Positions 29,413-39,831 of a stretch of DNA of 64,000 bases are shown one piece after another (the stretch's first letter is position 1; each line of letters opens with the position of its first letter). Origin of the DNA: Escherichia virus TH47; sequence record MT446416.1; one strand, written 5' to 3'. The notes beneath the pieces are model-generated. The model saw only the letters and a program-made list of their open reading frames with translations, was not told the DNA's origin and searched no databases. A program made the translations under genes and the position numbers.

Positions 29413-29896
29413 GAATATCTTTTAAACTAGGAATCTCAACCATAATCTCATCGATATCAGTTTCAATAGTAAAACCTGATTTATAATTTTGTAAGAGATA
29501 ACTAAAAGCAACAAGATAAAGAATTTCATTTGGTTTATGAATTAACATGTGTTGGAACATAACTGATTCTAAATCAGATTCAGTACTAAGGTCAGCATAA
29601 CATGTATCGTTGGTGTCAATTCGTACTTTACTTGAATTTGGATTCCATGTAAAGCAATGTGTTCCAACTGTTCCCAAACATCCTACTCTTGTACTATCAT
29701 TTGTTCCCAAAAAGATATCAAAATACGTTTCATCTGTATAATCGTATTTTTGTACTTTACCTTTTTTAAGGCATAAATCATTATCCTTTCGAAAAGTTTT
29801 AGATGATAGTGTATCAATGATGCACATTAATGTTTTTGCAAATGCAATACAATGACGTAATTCAAGTCTATGGAAATTATAATTAGTAAAATTCAT
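29339..29896 (-). CDS. family-A paralog
   Basis: Motif ESVMFQHMLI. Confidence 0.6.
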   Translation of the reverse strand: MNFTNYNFHRLELRHCIAFAKTLMCIIDTLSSKTFRKDNDLCLKKGKVQKYDYTDETYFDIFLGTNDSTRVGCLGTVGTHCFTWNPNSSKVRIDTNDTCYADLSTESDLESVMFQHMLIHKPNEILYLVAFSYLLQNYKSGFTIETDIDEIMVEIPSLKDILEEKDFYQDFRDLYDMHRELSDNE

Positions 29897-30435
29897 AATT
29901 GTACCTTCAATATTTTATCAGCAATTGATATAACCTTGTCATTGAATACATTACCAATCTCAATTCTTATATACATCGCAGGTGGAATCTTTCCCTGAAG
30001 TGCATAATATGTTTGTATACCTAAGTACTCATTATTTGATAATGAAAATTTGATTCTCTCCATATCTATGTCTGATGTTGGTAAATCTAGTAGTTCATGG
30101 TTGTAGTCAACATTTTCAGTGTATATCTGTTCGACGTAATTTGAATAGTCACTACTAATGTAGATACTATCATCACGGATAATTACTTTATAATTAGAAG
30201 GTTTAAACTTATCTTTAGGAGAAAAGAAGACATCATCTATCTTCTCTTCTCGGACACCGAATAACAATTTACCATCGTACTTTACATCAAGCATACTATC
30301 TAGAATAGTAATTACACAATGATCATCAATGTTATGACGTAAAGAACGAGTCTTGTATTTTGGGTTAATGAAAATTTTCATTAATTTTATACAAATGTCA
30401 GTAATGCATTTTACATTATCATTTTCTATGTACAT
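29893..30435 (-). CDS. family-A-like paralog (degenerate motif)
   Basis: Motif region ERIKFSLSNN. Confidence 0.45.
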   Translation of the reverse strand: MYIENDNVKCITDICIKLMKIFINPKYKTRSLRHNIDDHCVITILDSMLDVKYDGKLLFGVREEKIDDVFFSPKDKFKPSNYKVIIRDDSIYISSDYSNYVEQIYTENVDYNHELLDLPTSDIDMERIKFSLSNNEYLGIQTYYALQGKIPPAMYIRIEIGNVFNDKVISIADKILKVQL

Positions 30436-30913
30436 CGTAAATCCTCTTTAATTCTTTTACATTTTTAATGAATACTTTCATTGCAGAAATCTCAAAAGCT
30501 AATGATTTAAATTTGCAGTACTTTTTAAAGTACGACATAATGAATAGCATCTTGAGTTCTTTTTCTGTGTAAATTAAAGTATTTTGAAAGTAACTTTCTT
30601 CTGATAAATCATCAATAAAAGGATATATAACTCCATTTGTTCTCAAGAACATGATACCTTCACTCCATGATCTAAATGAAATGTAATCAGTCTTACCACA
30701 TTCATATAAGGAGTTTATCATTCCGTCAATCATTAAGGAGAACTCAATACTGTATCCTAATCGTTGACACTTGTATCTCTTATCTTCTTTCTTTGTAATT
30801 ACGAAGTGGCGACCCAATGAGTCTTTGTTATCGAAAATGAAATCAACTGTCTCTAAACACTCCTTAGCGAACTTCATAGTTTCTCTGTACTTTCTGTTCA
30901 TTAGTCTCTCCAA
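30419..30913 (-). CDS. family-A paralog
   Basis: Motif EESYFQNTLI. Confidence 0.65.
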   Translation of the reverse strand: MERLMNRKYRETMKFAKECLETVDFIFDNKDSLGRHFVITKKEDKRYKCQRLGYSIEFSLMIDGMINSLYECGKTDYISFRSWSEGIMFLRTNGVIYPFIDDLSEESYFQNTLIYTEKELKMLFIMSYFKKYCKFKSLAFEISAMKVFIKNVKELKRIYDVHRK

Positions 30914-31314
30914 ACTTTACCAGGGAAGTGTTTCTCGTAGAACTCATCATCACTTAACATATAATCAGGTGTTTCTACTTCTATGGGTTTGTAGAATGTT
31001 TCTGGGATGTGTGTAATTTTATTTGGTTGTACTTTATGTTCGCGTAAAACCTTCTGTATAGCTCCTAGGCGTTGTAAATCAATACAGGTGGGCAGAACTA
31101 AGCTGTACTGAAATAGCTCGTCAGGGGTCATTATAGACACATCCTTAGCTTGTTTGATTTTATTGTTGGTATCAATGAATATATCAAATCCAAGTACTGC
31201 ATTATAGCTTACATAGGTTGTTTTGTTTTTGTCAATAGCTGCACTTAAACTATATCCATATATTCCGTATCGGTCAACCATGCATCGTTGCATAATTTTA
31301 ATCATTTCGAACAT
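30901..31314 (-). CDS. family-A paralog
   Basis: Motif PDELFQYSLV. Confidence 0.65.
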   Translation of the reverse strand: MFEMIKIMQRCMVDRYGIYGYSLSAAIDKNKTTYVSYNAVLGFDIFIDTNNKIKQAKDVSIMTPDELFQYSLVLPTCIDLQRLGAIQKVLREHKVQPNKITHIPETFYKPIEVETPDYMLSDDEFYEKHFPGKVWRD

Positions 31315-31663
31315 AATTTACCTCGTATGTGTTATAATTCCACGCTTTAACACTATCCATTTGTATATCCTGAACTTCATGGAAATATTTAAGTACCTTC
31401 TGGTATTCCATTAGTTCGTACACATCTTCAGTACTGACAGTACTCTCCTGAAACAATTCCTCTTCTGATAAAGTACTATAATCAGGGATTTTTATTTCAG
31501 AATATATCTCATTTATATATGAATCATTTTGGTAAATCTGTAGATAAAACTGATTATATTCAGGGATATAGGTTACGAAATGGTTCTCGTTGAATTCATA
31601 TCTTGAAGCAAAGTATTCATTGCCATCCGTCATGTACTGAATTGTTGTAGTATTATTATGCAT
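31298..31663 (-). CDS. family-A paralog
   Basis: Motif EEELFQESTV. Confidence 0.65.
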   Translation of the reverse strand: MHNNTTTIQYMTDGNEYFASRYEFNENHFVTYIPEYNQFYLQIYQNDSYINEIYSEIKIPDYSTLSEEELFQESTVSTEDVYELMEYQKVLKYFHEVQDIQMDSVKAWNYNTYEVNYVRND

Positions 31664-32123
31664 TTAAATAATCCACACATTTATAGTATACTGCTAAATC
31701 TAAAAAGAATCGTTGTTTGTATTTGTAATGATGAAGTAGTGCACCATAAAGTAATATAGCATTAAGTACTTTTGCATCATGAATACAAGACCATTGGAAG
31801 TACATTTCTTCAGTCATAAAAACTAACTCACTATAAGGGACAAACATTGCATCTCTAAATGTATCAATGTTAATCTTTAAATCAGACCCTTGGCAATATG
31901 AAATATATTCACCTTTGTAATGAAAGTCATTATCGTCAAAGTACTCAGCATATACTTGATTGCCCCTATTATTTTTAAAGGCAAGTCTTCCTTTGGTTGA
32001 ACTGAACTCGTCATATTGGAACATTCCACCAAAAGGTTTAGGACTTCTAAACTCCTTTGCAATGCGATGAATGTTAGATGCAAATTCTAAAACACCATCG
32101 TAATCATATTCTGTTGTAATCAT
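31656..32123 (-). CDS. family-A paralog
   Basis: Motif EEMYFQWSCI. Confidence 0.65.
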   Translation of the reverse strand: MITTEYDYDGVLEFASNIHRIAKEFRSPKPFGGMFQYDEFSSTKGRLAFKNNRGNQVYAEYFDDNDFHYKGEYISYCQGSDLKINIDTFRDAMFVPYSELVFMTEEMYFQWSCIHDAKVLNAILLYGALLHHYKYKQRFFLDLAVYYKCVDYLNA

Positions 32124-32602
32124 AGACCATTTTTCTCCATGTACTCAATGATTTCATCTACGAAGTTTAAATCCATATAGAATCTATCATCTGCGTTATT
32201 GAGTTCATCTTTAAGTACTGTAAAAATTGTAGAACTAAACACGATTCTCTCATTGTACAAAGTACTGTACTGGAAGAATTCTTCTTCTGATCTAACATTA
32301 AATGTGTCATATTCATATTCATCATCATTAAATCTAGGATGATAGTACTTAAAACTATCAGATGTATGGAAACAATATGAGATAAAATCCCCTGATGGTG
32401 CATCGTCAAGTACACGAATACCACAGAAATTCTCATCTGTAGTATGCAACAAATTGCTATTCATTGACAAATAATTTTTGTACGCATAAAGTGTGCATCG
32501 TGGGAGAATTATATTCTCTTTAACTGTTACAAAGAACTTATGAAGTTTAATGATATTTTGTGCGATTTTTTGTGCATTGCTAAATGATAGGTCTTTGGAC
32601 AT
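32120..32602 (-). CDS. family-A paralog
   Basis: Motif EEEFFQYSTL. Confidence 0.65.
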   Translation of the reverse strand: MSKDLSFSNAQKIAQNIIKLHKFFVTVKENIILPRCTLYAYKNYLSMNSNLLHTTDENFCGIRVLDDAPSGDFISYCFHTSDSFKYYHPRFNDDEYEYDTFNVRSEEEFFQYSTLYNERIVFSSTIFTVLKDELNNADDRFYMDLNFVDEIIEYMEKNGL

Positions 32603-32661
32603 AGTGATATAACCCTTTACAATTAATATAAAGAGATTATATCACAAAGATTTGGAGGGTG

Positions 32662-33252
32662 TCAAGAGTTCTCACGAAGTTCTACCATTTCTTTCCATAC
32701 TAAATGGTAATCTTCTAAGTCCAGATAGAAGTCTTCATTTAAGTGCTCATATAAGTACTTGTACATGAATAGTACACCTAAATTGTATTCAGTAGTAAGC
32801 AATGATTGTTGGAAGTAGTTTTCTGCATTTAGTTCTATATCCATGAACTCGAATCTACCTAGACCTTTTAATGTACGTATCTCAACATGTGAAGTATCTG
32901 TTTTACTGAAGCACATAAATCCACCTCTAAATTCGGGATCATATTCACATTCATACTGTGCACTGTTATTATAGAAATCTCTATTACCATCCTTATCTTT
33001 TGGATTAACAACAGATACGTGAAGGTAGTCATCTTTGTACATTGTACGTTCGGGCGTTTTCACGCATTTTAACTTATTTTCTTTAATGTACTTGATAATA
33101 TCAATTATATCTTGTGCAGTACTGATTGCTGCCTCAAATGTATCCAACTTAAGATGATTGTATAGAGTTCCCTCGTTCTTTATTTTATCTAACATAAAAA
33201 CCTCATAGTTCATACATCTTTGATTTGAATTGCATTGTTCCACCAACTTCAC
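32662..33252 (-). CDS. family-A paralog
   Basis: Motif AENYFQQSLL. Confidence 0.65.
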   Translation of the reverse strand: MKLVEQCNSNQRCMNYEVFMLDKIKNEGTLYNHLKLDTFEAAISTAQDIIDIIKYIKENKLKCVKTPERTMYKDDYLHVSVVNPKDKDGNRDFYNNSAQYECEYDPEFRGGFMCFSKTDTSHVEIRTLKGLGRFEFMDIELNAENYFQQSLLTTEYNLGVLFMYKYLYEHLNEDFYLDLEDYHLVWKEMVELRENS

Positions 33253-33541
33253 ATGGATAATTTTCCATAATACGATTCAAAAGTATCTGGTACTGTTGTA
33301 GTACTTCAATTTCCAAATGTATACTACTATCCAGTACTAATGACTCCTGGAACAATTCACCTGTATCTAAACATGAAAAATCATTTATAGTTAGCATTGG
33401 CTTATCATTGGTACGCAATGTAAATGATTCCTCATTTCGGATTAATGTACAGAATTCATTATGTTTTCTGTTATAATCCATTTTAACCAATAATAACTTG
33501 GTGTGAGTTGCGTACATTATTTTTACTAATTCAGTCTTCAT
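33203..33541 (-). CDS. family-A paralog
   Basis: Motif TGELFQESLV. Confidence 0.65.
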   Translation of the reverse strand: MKTELVKIMYATHTKLLLVKMDYNRKHNEFCTLIRNEESFTLRTNDKPMLTINDFSCLDTGELFQESLVLDSSIHLEIEVLQQYQILLNRIMENYPCEVGGTMQFKSKMYEL

Positions 33542-33890
33542 AACGGAATAAAATTCTCCTGTACTGCTCCGGCTTAGTACTCAATCTCTTCACCGGATAA
33601 TTGTCGAAGATCCTTTTCATTTCTTTCTGGATTAAACAAAGAAAATCAAAATTGCAATAGTATTTTTTATCCCATACTAAACTTTCTTGAAATAACTCAT
33701 CTTCTTGCATTAGCGTAGTATCAATTGTATCTTCACGTGTATTTGAGTACGCTTCATGACATTGAAAACCATCTTCTGATAATTCTAATGTATATGCCGC
33801 CATTTCAAACATATCATCATTTGTCTTTAACGAAAGTAAACAACAAACGTATTTTTTCGTTGTGTAGTACGTAATACTAATGGTATTCAT
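33531..33890 (-). CDS. family-A paralog
   Basis: Motif EDELFQESLVWDKKY. Confidence 0.65.
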   Translation of the reverse strand: MNTISITYYTTKKYVCCLLSLKTNDDMFEMAAYTLELSEDGFQCHEAYSNTREDTIDTTLMQEDELFQESLVWDKKYYCNFDFLCLIQKEMKRIFDNYPVKRLSTKPEQYRRILFRYED

Positions 33891-33895
33891 GGCAT

Positions 33896-34498
33896 TTAAA
33901 CCTCAGTATAAAGCTTACAATAGCTTTCATCGAAATCAAAAATACTTCTCAAGAACTGACAAAGGTCAGTAAAAATATTTACATTTGCTATATACACATT
34001 ATCAAATTCTGTTCTTTCGAAGAATGTATGCATAGAATTTGTAATATATCTCATTGCAGATTCACGCTGCATTGTTATATCATTTGTGAACATTGCATCT
34101 TCATCAGTACTGACCAATTCAATATCAAATGATTTCATATATGGGATGGACCTCCCTAGTGCAAAACTATCACCATATGATGCTTCTACTGCACCTTTAG
34201 AATACACCAATTGATATAAGTCCGAAATAGGGTTATAAAAAGTACGACATATTGATGAACATAATTTATTATCTATCCAAAAGAAAACCCTATTTGAGTT
34301 TCTGTCAAATGCTATACGCAATCCATCACCATCTAACGATATATCACCATCGAGATAAAAAGAGAACTGAACTAATGCTTTTTCTAAGTCCATTCTTTTG
34401 TGATAAATGATTTCTTGCATATAGATAATATCATTTACTAATTTCTTAAAATACAAATGAACCTCAGTACTACAACATTTATTTGCATTTAATAACAT
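33896..34498 (-). CDS. family-A-like paralog (degenerate motif)
   Basis: Motif region EDAMFTNDIT. Confidence 0.45.
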   Translation of the reverse strand: MLLNANKCCSTEVHLYFKKLVNDIIYMQEIIYHKRMDLEKALVQFSFYLDGDISLDGDGLRIAFDRNSNRVFFWIDNKLCSSICRTFYNPISDLYQLVYSKGAVEASYGDSFALGRSIPYMKSFDIELVSTDEDAMFTNDITMQRESAMRYITNSMHTFFERTEFDNVYIANVNIFTDLCQFLRSIFDFDESYCKLYTEV

Positions 34499-35085
34499 AG
34501 TAGATCCTTATACATTGCATGTATTCTTACAATGTCTCTGTAATAACTCATATCTTCACGATTATCATTAAAAACAGTAACACTGAATACAGCAGTACTA
34601 ATTGAACTATCAACAATGTACTCTTTTAATTTATTATAAAGATATATGCACTTGGCAGATGTATCATCCCACATAAGACTATTTTGAAAGATGTTTTCTT
34701 CTGTGTTAGGATATAAGTACTGCTCAATCTTGTACCCCAATGAACTATCACAGTTTTTATATACAGAAATAGATGGGACATTCATATTGCACATAATACT
34801 AATAACATTATCATTGTATGTAGAAATTAAACTGGTACTGGATGCTACACTTTCATCATAATTCAGTACTGAAATTCTTGCATTATCTGTGCAGTACAGA
34901 TGTTTCATTCCACCTCTCATAGCCATAGTAAGAAATTTATCAGTGAACCATATTCCTTTTGTTTTCAGTATAGTTTCATGCATAAGATAAGTTTCAATGA
35001 AGATTTTTACACGCTCAAATGCCAAGTCAAGTTCATTGTACATAACGGATATCCTTCTGTAAAGAATCAATATATTCTTTAACAA
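34489..35085 (-). CDS. family-A paralog
   Basis: Motif EENIFQNSLM. Confidence 0.65.
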   Translation of the reverse strand: MLKNILILYRRISVMYNELDLAFERVKIFIETYLMHETILKTKGIWFTDKFLTMAMRGGMKHLYCTDNARISVLNYDESVASSTSLISTYNDNVISIMCNMNVPSISVYKNCDSSLGYKIEQYLYPNTEENIFQNSLMWDDTSAKCIYLYNKLKEYIVDSSISTAVFSVTVFNDNREDMSYYRDIVRIHAMYKDLLCY

Positions 35086-35224
35086 CTTGTTCCTGATACT
35101 GTGTGCCCAAATACATCAGTACTTTTAATTCTTTGAACTCAGTACTATATGAGTCGGTTTGCATCATTTTAGAAGAATATATATTGAATAGTTTAGCAAT
35201 ATCATCTTGGTCTATTATTTTCAT
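35033..35224 (-). CDS. family-C paralog (outlier inside family-A array)
   Basis: Motif LGTQYQEQ. Confidence 0.6.
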   Translation of the reverse strand: MKIIDQDDIAKLFNIYSSKMMQTDSYSTEFKELKVLMYLGTQYQEQVVKEYIDSLQKDIRYVQ

Positions 35225-35420
35225 ATATTCTCTTCTGGATTAGTTCCTGTAAGTGCTGAATATAACCCTTCATTGCAACATCCTGTTTGTTAGAGCCAAC
35301 GAAGAACAATAGCTTAAAGTCATGGTAATCCATTTTTGGTTTAGTAGTGAACCATATGTCCCACACTGCACTCACAGTTCTCATGTATTCAATTCGATTA
35401 AATGTTTTTGAATACTTCAT
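35202..35420 (-). CDS. family-C paralog (outlier inside family-A array)
   Basis: Motif VGSNKQDV. Confidence 0.55.
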   Translation of the reverse strand: MKYSKTFNRIEYMRTVSAVWDIWFTTKPKMDYHDFKLLFFVGSNKQDVAMKGYIQHLQELIQKRIYENNRPR

Positions 35421-35934
35421 CGATGTTCATCGCCAATAAGTTAATATACAAATTACTGTTAAATGCAATCTGCAATTCCATATAGAACTGAATGATAGCA
35501 TAGTCAGGGTCAGTACACGATAGTTGAAAACACTGTTCGTCAAATGCATTGTAATTGTACTTAGGGATGTGAATTTCACGCTTCAAATCAGGTTGACCCC
35601 ACTTCATCGCATACACACCAATGTTATTGTTCTTTTTCCTTTTCTTAAATGTTAATTGTTGAATATTTCCAGCGTTGTCTAGGAAAATAGTATTATTCGA
35701 CACAGGTGCACCAATAGAAAACAATGATGTATCAATGACGTGTTTCTCACGTATCTCACACTTCTGGAATGCACCATTCCCTTGTAACAGTTTATGGAAA
35801 TCGTACTTCTCACTAATAACTGTACTAGGAACAATTAATCCAGTACTGCATTTTTTCAGTACTGGTACGATAGTGCGAATCTTTTTTGATAAATCTTGTA
35901 ATGCATCATAATCATTAATGTTAATTTTTCTCAA
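35398..35934 (-). CDS. family-A paralog
   Basis: Motif DEQCFQLSCT. Confidence 0.65.
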   Translation of the reverse strand: MRKININDYDALQDLSKKIRTIVPVLKKCSTGLIVPSTVISEKYDFHKLLQGNGAFQKCEIREKHVIDTSLFSIGAPVSNNTIFLDNAGNIQQLTFKKRKKNNNIGVYAMKWGQPDLKREIHIPKYNYNAFDEQCFQLSCTDPDYAIIQFYMELQIAFNSNLYINLLAMNIDEVFKNI

Positions 35935-36377
35935 AAGGATGCCTCTTCTATAGTAACGAAATCAACTAACCTATCAAGTTTTTCAGTGTCTAGATAAAAT
36001 ATATCCAGTACTGACTTCTGATATAGTACACTAAATGTACATAGATTGTCAAGTGTTCCTTCATTATAAACAGTACTTCCCTGGAAGTACCCTTCTTCTG
36101 TACTCAGAGATAAAATATCAGAAATTTTAAAAGATTCTTCATACTCATGACGCTCTATCGTAACTTCATCATATTTTCTGTTCAATGAAATATAATCATA
36201 TGCTATCTCAATAGTACTACAATTATTGCCATCCGTATCAAATAAAGAATCAATTGTAATCTTCGTGCCATTAGAAACTTCTCTTAGTTCATCATCTACA
36301 TAATCAGGATAGTCCTTTAAGAACTGAACAACGCGTAGAATATCATTTGCTTTCTTGATTGCACTTTCGTAACTCAT
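35931..36377 (-). CDS. family-A paralog
   Basis: Motif EEGYFQGSTV. Confidence 0.65.
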   Translation of the reverse strand: MSYESAIKKANDILRVVQFLKDYPDYVDDELREVSNGTKITIDSLFDTDGNNCSTIEIAYDYISLNRKYDEVTIERHEYEESFKISDILSLSTEEGYFQGSTVYNEGTLDNLCTFSVLYQKSVLDIFYLDTEKLDRLVDFVTIEEASF

Positions 36378-36817
36378 TTTTTTCTGGACTCCATATATAT
36401 CACCTGATTTAGTTCATATACATAATTTAAATCAATGAATATAGAATTATTAAAGTTCTCTTTCAGAAATGCATTAAAAACTACTAAAGCTCTTAATGCA
36501 CTATTTGGGTATATAGTACTGTACTGGAAGTAAGCATCTTCTGAATTTAAGAATAGTACGTCTTCTTCGGTGAATTCAAAATATTTACCACTTTCATCGA
36601 TTGAATAGAAAGTTCCAGGATTCCATTCGAAGTACTTGAATTCCAAATCATAATCATGGGACTCGTACTTATATTCATTACCTAATCCTAGAATATCTGT
36701 ACCAACACTTATAGTACTAATATATGCCCCTTTGTCGTCTAAGTACTTTACATTATTTTGAAAGAACTTTACTATATTAACTAATTCCTCAGCGTGCTTA
36801 AGATCACTTTCGTACAT
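36374..36817 (-). CDS. family-A paralog
   Basis: Motif EDAYFQYSTI. Confidence 0.65.
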   Translation of the reverse strand: MYESDLKHAEELVNIVKFFQNNVKYLDDKGAYISTISVGTDILGLGNEYKYESHDYDLEFKYFEWNPGTFYSIDESGKYFEFTEEDVLFLNSEDAYFQYSTIYPNSALRALVVFNAFLKENFNNSIFIDLNYVYELNQVIYMESRKK

Positions 36818-37131
36818 TATATTTCAATCTCTATATATTCTTGGGTAATTAAGTAATCCCAGTAGTACTTCACTTGTTTTTGTATCTCAATTAAGGCATG
36901 AAAATTAATTCTCTTATCCCATATAAGTGATTCCTGAAAAAGAAATGTTTCATGATCATCTCTGTAATCACATTCAAGGAAGTCAGGAATATAATCACAA
37001 TCGTGAAGATATTCAATCATTAAAGATTCATTACATCTTCTAACGGCAAGGTGCTGGAAATTATCATGATCGAAGAAATACATTAAACTAATTATACCTG
37101 GAATGTACTGAATACTGTATAAGAATTTCAT
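36817..37131 (-). CDS. family-A paralog
   Basis: Motif ETFLFQESLIWDKR. Confidence 0.65.
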   Translation of the reverse strand: MKFLYSIQYIPGIISLMYFFDHDNFQHLAVRRCNESLMIEYLHDCDYIPDFLECDYRDDHETFLFQESLIWDKRINFHALIEIQKQVKYYWDYLITQEYIEIEI

Positions 37132-37571
37132 CGTTTACCCTTATATACTTCACATACATATTCATAATCCAAATAAAATCTTGTACTATCAATACTTTTA
37201 AAGTACCACATTATAACTAAAGTATCTAGTACTTCATCATCATACAAAGTACTATTCTGAAAGTAATACTCTTCACTATCCCACGGACCTTTCAGCACTT
37301 CAAAGTTCAATTTTAAAGGTCTGCTGCGATTATAAAAACGGATTTCACCACCATAAGCATAACTGATAAATTCTGCATCTGGATTGTATTGTGAAAAATC
37401 TGCGGGACTTTTGGAATTCAACCCAAGAATAACTGTAGTTGTAGCAAAATCACTATCCTTGTAGTAGTTACCATTCTCGGCTTTGTATACTTCTTCGAAC
37501 TTCCCAGCCTTGATATCTTCAATATATACCTGTAGTTCTTTTGCTTTATCCAGAGCACTTTGTAATGACAT
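37128..37571 (-). CDS. family-A paralog (MSLQSAL subfamily)
   Basis: Motif EEYYFQNSTL; shares N- and C-termini with the next three genes. Confidence 0.7.
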   Translation of the reverse strand: MSLQSALDKAKELQVYIEDIKAGKFEEVYKAENGNYYKDSDFATTTVILGLNSKSPADFSQYNPDAEFISYAYGGEIRFYNRSRPLKLNFEVLKGPWDSEEYYFQNSTLYDDEVLDTLVIMWYFKSIDSTRFYLDYEYVCEVYKGKR

Positions 37572-38037
37572 TATCTTCCCCTACAGTATTCTCTACGTAT
37601 TCATAATCGAAATAGAAACTACCAGAGCCAATACTTTTAAAGTACCACATAATTACAATAACATCTAATGCTTCTTCATTGTACACAGTACTTTGCTGGA
37701 AGTAATATTCTTCACTATCCCACGGGCCTTCCAGTACTGAATACGGAATGATTGTGTCATCATCATCGTAATCATGGCTGTAAATTATAATATCTTCATC
37801 GCTACAATAACTAATGTACTGATTGTACATATGATATTCACAGTCATCTGTATCACCCGTATCAGTGTGCAGTACTAACGTTTCTGCACATATCTCTGAC
37901 TCATCATAATCGTCACGATCTTTTACAAAAAATTCAGTATCAGATGTTTTATACACACCTGGAACTGAACCTTCTTGTACCATAATCATGTACTCATGAA
38001 TCTTCTTTGCTTCTTTCAATGCACTTTGTAACGACAT
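37546..38037 (-). CDS. family-A paralog (MSLQSAL subfamily)
   Basis: Motif EEYYFQQSTV. Confidence 0.7.
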   Translation of the reverse strand: MSLQSALKEAKKIHEYMIMVQEGSVPGVYKTSDTEFFVKDRDDYDESEICAETLVLHTDTGDTDDCEYHMYNQYISYCSDEDIIIYSHDYDDDDTIIPYSVLEGPWDSEEYYFQQSTVYNEEALDVIVIMWYFKSIGSGSFYFDYEYVENTVGEDNVITKCSG

Positions 38038-38480
38038 TACAAATCCCCTGTACTTAAATATTCACATGCTCCCCAGTCAAGAAAGAATGGATCGAAATTC
38101 AATTCCTTAAAGTACCACAACACAACCAAGGAATCAAGCATTTCTTGGTTAAAAATAAGACTCTGTTGGAAGTAATACTCTTCAGTACCCCACGGGCCGT
38201 CAAGTACCCCGAAGTCAATAGGTGTATTTGATGTGTCGAAAGTAATCTTAGTACCTGGAATATATACAAAAAAACTAGTATATTGACTACATGAAGAGTA
38301 CTGTATAGTATTGTCTTTATCATGGCCCATAAGTAAAATATCATCAGAGTATGTCTTTATACCTGATAGATAATACTCATTACCAAATGCACTTACTTTA
38401 TCACCATAGAAACCACTTTTTATGTTATCGTGGAAGTGATGTATTTTGTGGGCCAGTTTAAGTGCACTTGCTAAACTCAT
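38037..38480 (-). CDS. family-A paralog (MSLQSAL subfamily)
   Basis: Motif EEYYFQQSLI. Confidence 0.7.
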   Translation of the reverse strand: MSLASALKLAHKIHHFHDNIKSGFYGDKVSAFGNEYYLSGIKTYSDDILLMGHDKDNTIQYSSCSQYTSFFVYIPGTKITFDTSNTPIDFGVLDGPWGTEEYYFQQSLIFNQEMLDSLVVLWYFKELNFDPFFLDWGACEYLSTGDL

Positions 38481-38947
38481 ATATCCTCTTTAATAACTCG
38501 TAGTAGATCCAAGTCCAGATAGAAGCTAGGACAATCGGTATTATTAAAGTACCACAGAATGACAAGCTTGTCAAGCACATATTCCTCGTAGATAGTATTC
38601 TGCTGGAAGTAGAACTCTTCACTTCCCCAGTCATTATCCAGTACTGAATACGGAAGATGTTTTTCTGCTGCACCAGTTATAATGTCAGTATATTGTATTA
38701 AAATATCAGCATCACGACAGAAGCACATGTAATTATCTTCCAGATTAACATCACACCCAGTGAGTGTTGTTTCAGAAGAATCTAAGTTTTCTTCGTACAT
38801 GTGAATGTACTCACTACTGTCATCGTATATCATTCGACAATAAGCTTTACCTTCCTTGAATAGATACCCATTGAGTCGATTGAGTACTATTTCCTTTTTA
38901 CATAAATCAATTAACTTAGCAATTTCTAATGCTCTTGCAAAACTCAT
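38477..38947 (-). CDS. family-A paralog (MSLQSAL subfamily)
   Basis: Motif EEFYFQQNTI. Confidence 0.7.
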   Translation of the reverse strand: MSFARALEIAKLIDLCKKEIVLNRLNGYLFKEGKAYCRMIYDDSSEYIHMYEENLDSSETTLTGCDVNLEDNYMCFCRDADILIQYTDIITGAAEKHLPYSVLDNDWGSEEFYFQQNTIYEEYVLDKLVILWYFNNTDCPSFYLDLDLLRVIKEDI

Positions 38948-38948
38948 A

Positions 38949-39134
38949 TCAACTCCTGTGTTGTGTCTTGATATAATCTCGGTACACCATGTGAATATTA
39001 GCTATATACAATTCACTAATATCATATGTACCGAAGTACATGTCATTCCTAATGCTGTTGTTATGTCTAATATCAATTACGAATCGTCGAAGTATTGTAT
39101 TCATGAATGATTCCATTTGTTCTTTTTTATTCAT
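38949..39134 (-). CDS. hypothetical small protein
   Basis: 61-aa ORF between family-A genes. Confidence 0.4.
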   Translation of the reverse strand: MNKKEQMESFMNTILRRFVIDIRHNNSIRNDMYFGTYDISELYIANIHMVYRDYIKTQHRS

Positions 39135-39475
39135 AGCTTAAAACAATACCTATCTTTGGAATCAGTCTCTATACAGATTCTTCTATATTCTTTCATCTTC
39201 TGTTGGAGTTCAATTACTTCCTCTAGTGTACACAAGTACTTCTTGTCAAATATTAATGACTCTTGAAATATTTCAGCCTCACCCTGTACTGTTGTATAGT
39301 CTTTCATATTTTCTACAACTGTTCCTTTGGTCTGATAATCAATGAAGCTAAAGTAAGAACCATTAAATTTAATGTACTGATCCATTTTGTGTTCATAATC
39401 ACCTTTGTTAAGATTGCAATACACTTCCAGTGAAGTACTAATCTTAGGTATAAACATAGAAAAATCAAATGTCAT
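39131..39475 (-). CDS. family-A paralog (CNLNKGD subfamily)
   Basis: Motif EAEIFQESLIFDKKY. Confidence 0.7.
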   Translation of the reverse strand: MTFDFSMFIPKISTSLEVYCNLNKGDYEHKMDQYIKFNGSYFSFIDYQTKGTVVENMKDYTTVQGEAEIFQESLIFDKKYLCTLEEVIELQQKMKEYRRICIETDSKDRYCFKL

Positions 39476-39831
39476 TCTGGAATTCCTATATTGAATTTGT
39501 ATTCTTGATTAATACTGACATTGCCTTTATTCAAAGCAGCATACTCTTTTATTTCATTTTGTATAGCAATTACTTCTTCAAATGTACACAAGTACTTCTT
39601 ATCAAATACTAATGACTCCTGGAATAGTTCAGCGGCATCCAGTACTGTATAATCCGGCATATCCTGATGCGGATACTGTAATGAATTGTAATCAATGAAT
39701 GTAAATTTACCCTGAGTGTAATGAATGTACTCATTTGCACTGTGCATTAAATCACCTTTGTTTAAATTACAAAAGTACTGAAAACTGTTCTTAAAAGAAT
39801 GTACTGATATTACAAAATCAAATTCCATCAC
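39472..39831 (-). CDS. family-A paralog (CNLNKGD subfamily)
   Basis: Motif AAELFQESLVFDKKY. Confidence 0.7.
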   Translation of the reverse strand: MMEFDFVISVHSFKNSFQYFCNLNKGDLMHSANEYIHYTQGKFTFIDYNSLQYPHQDMPDYTVLDAAELFQESLVFDKKYLCTFEEVIAIQNEIKEYAALNKGNVSINQEYKFNIGIPE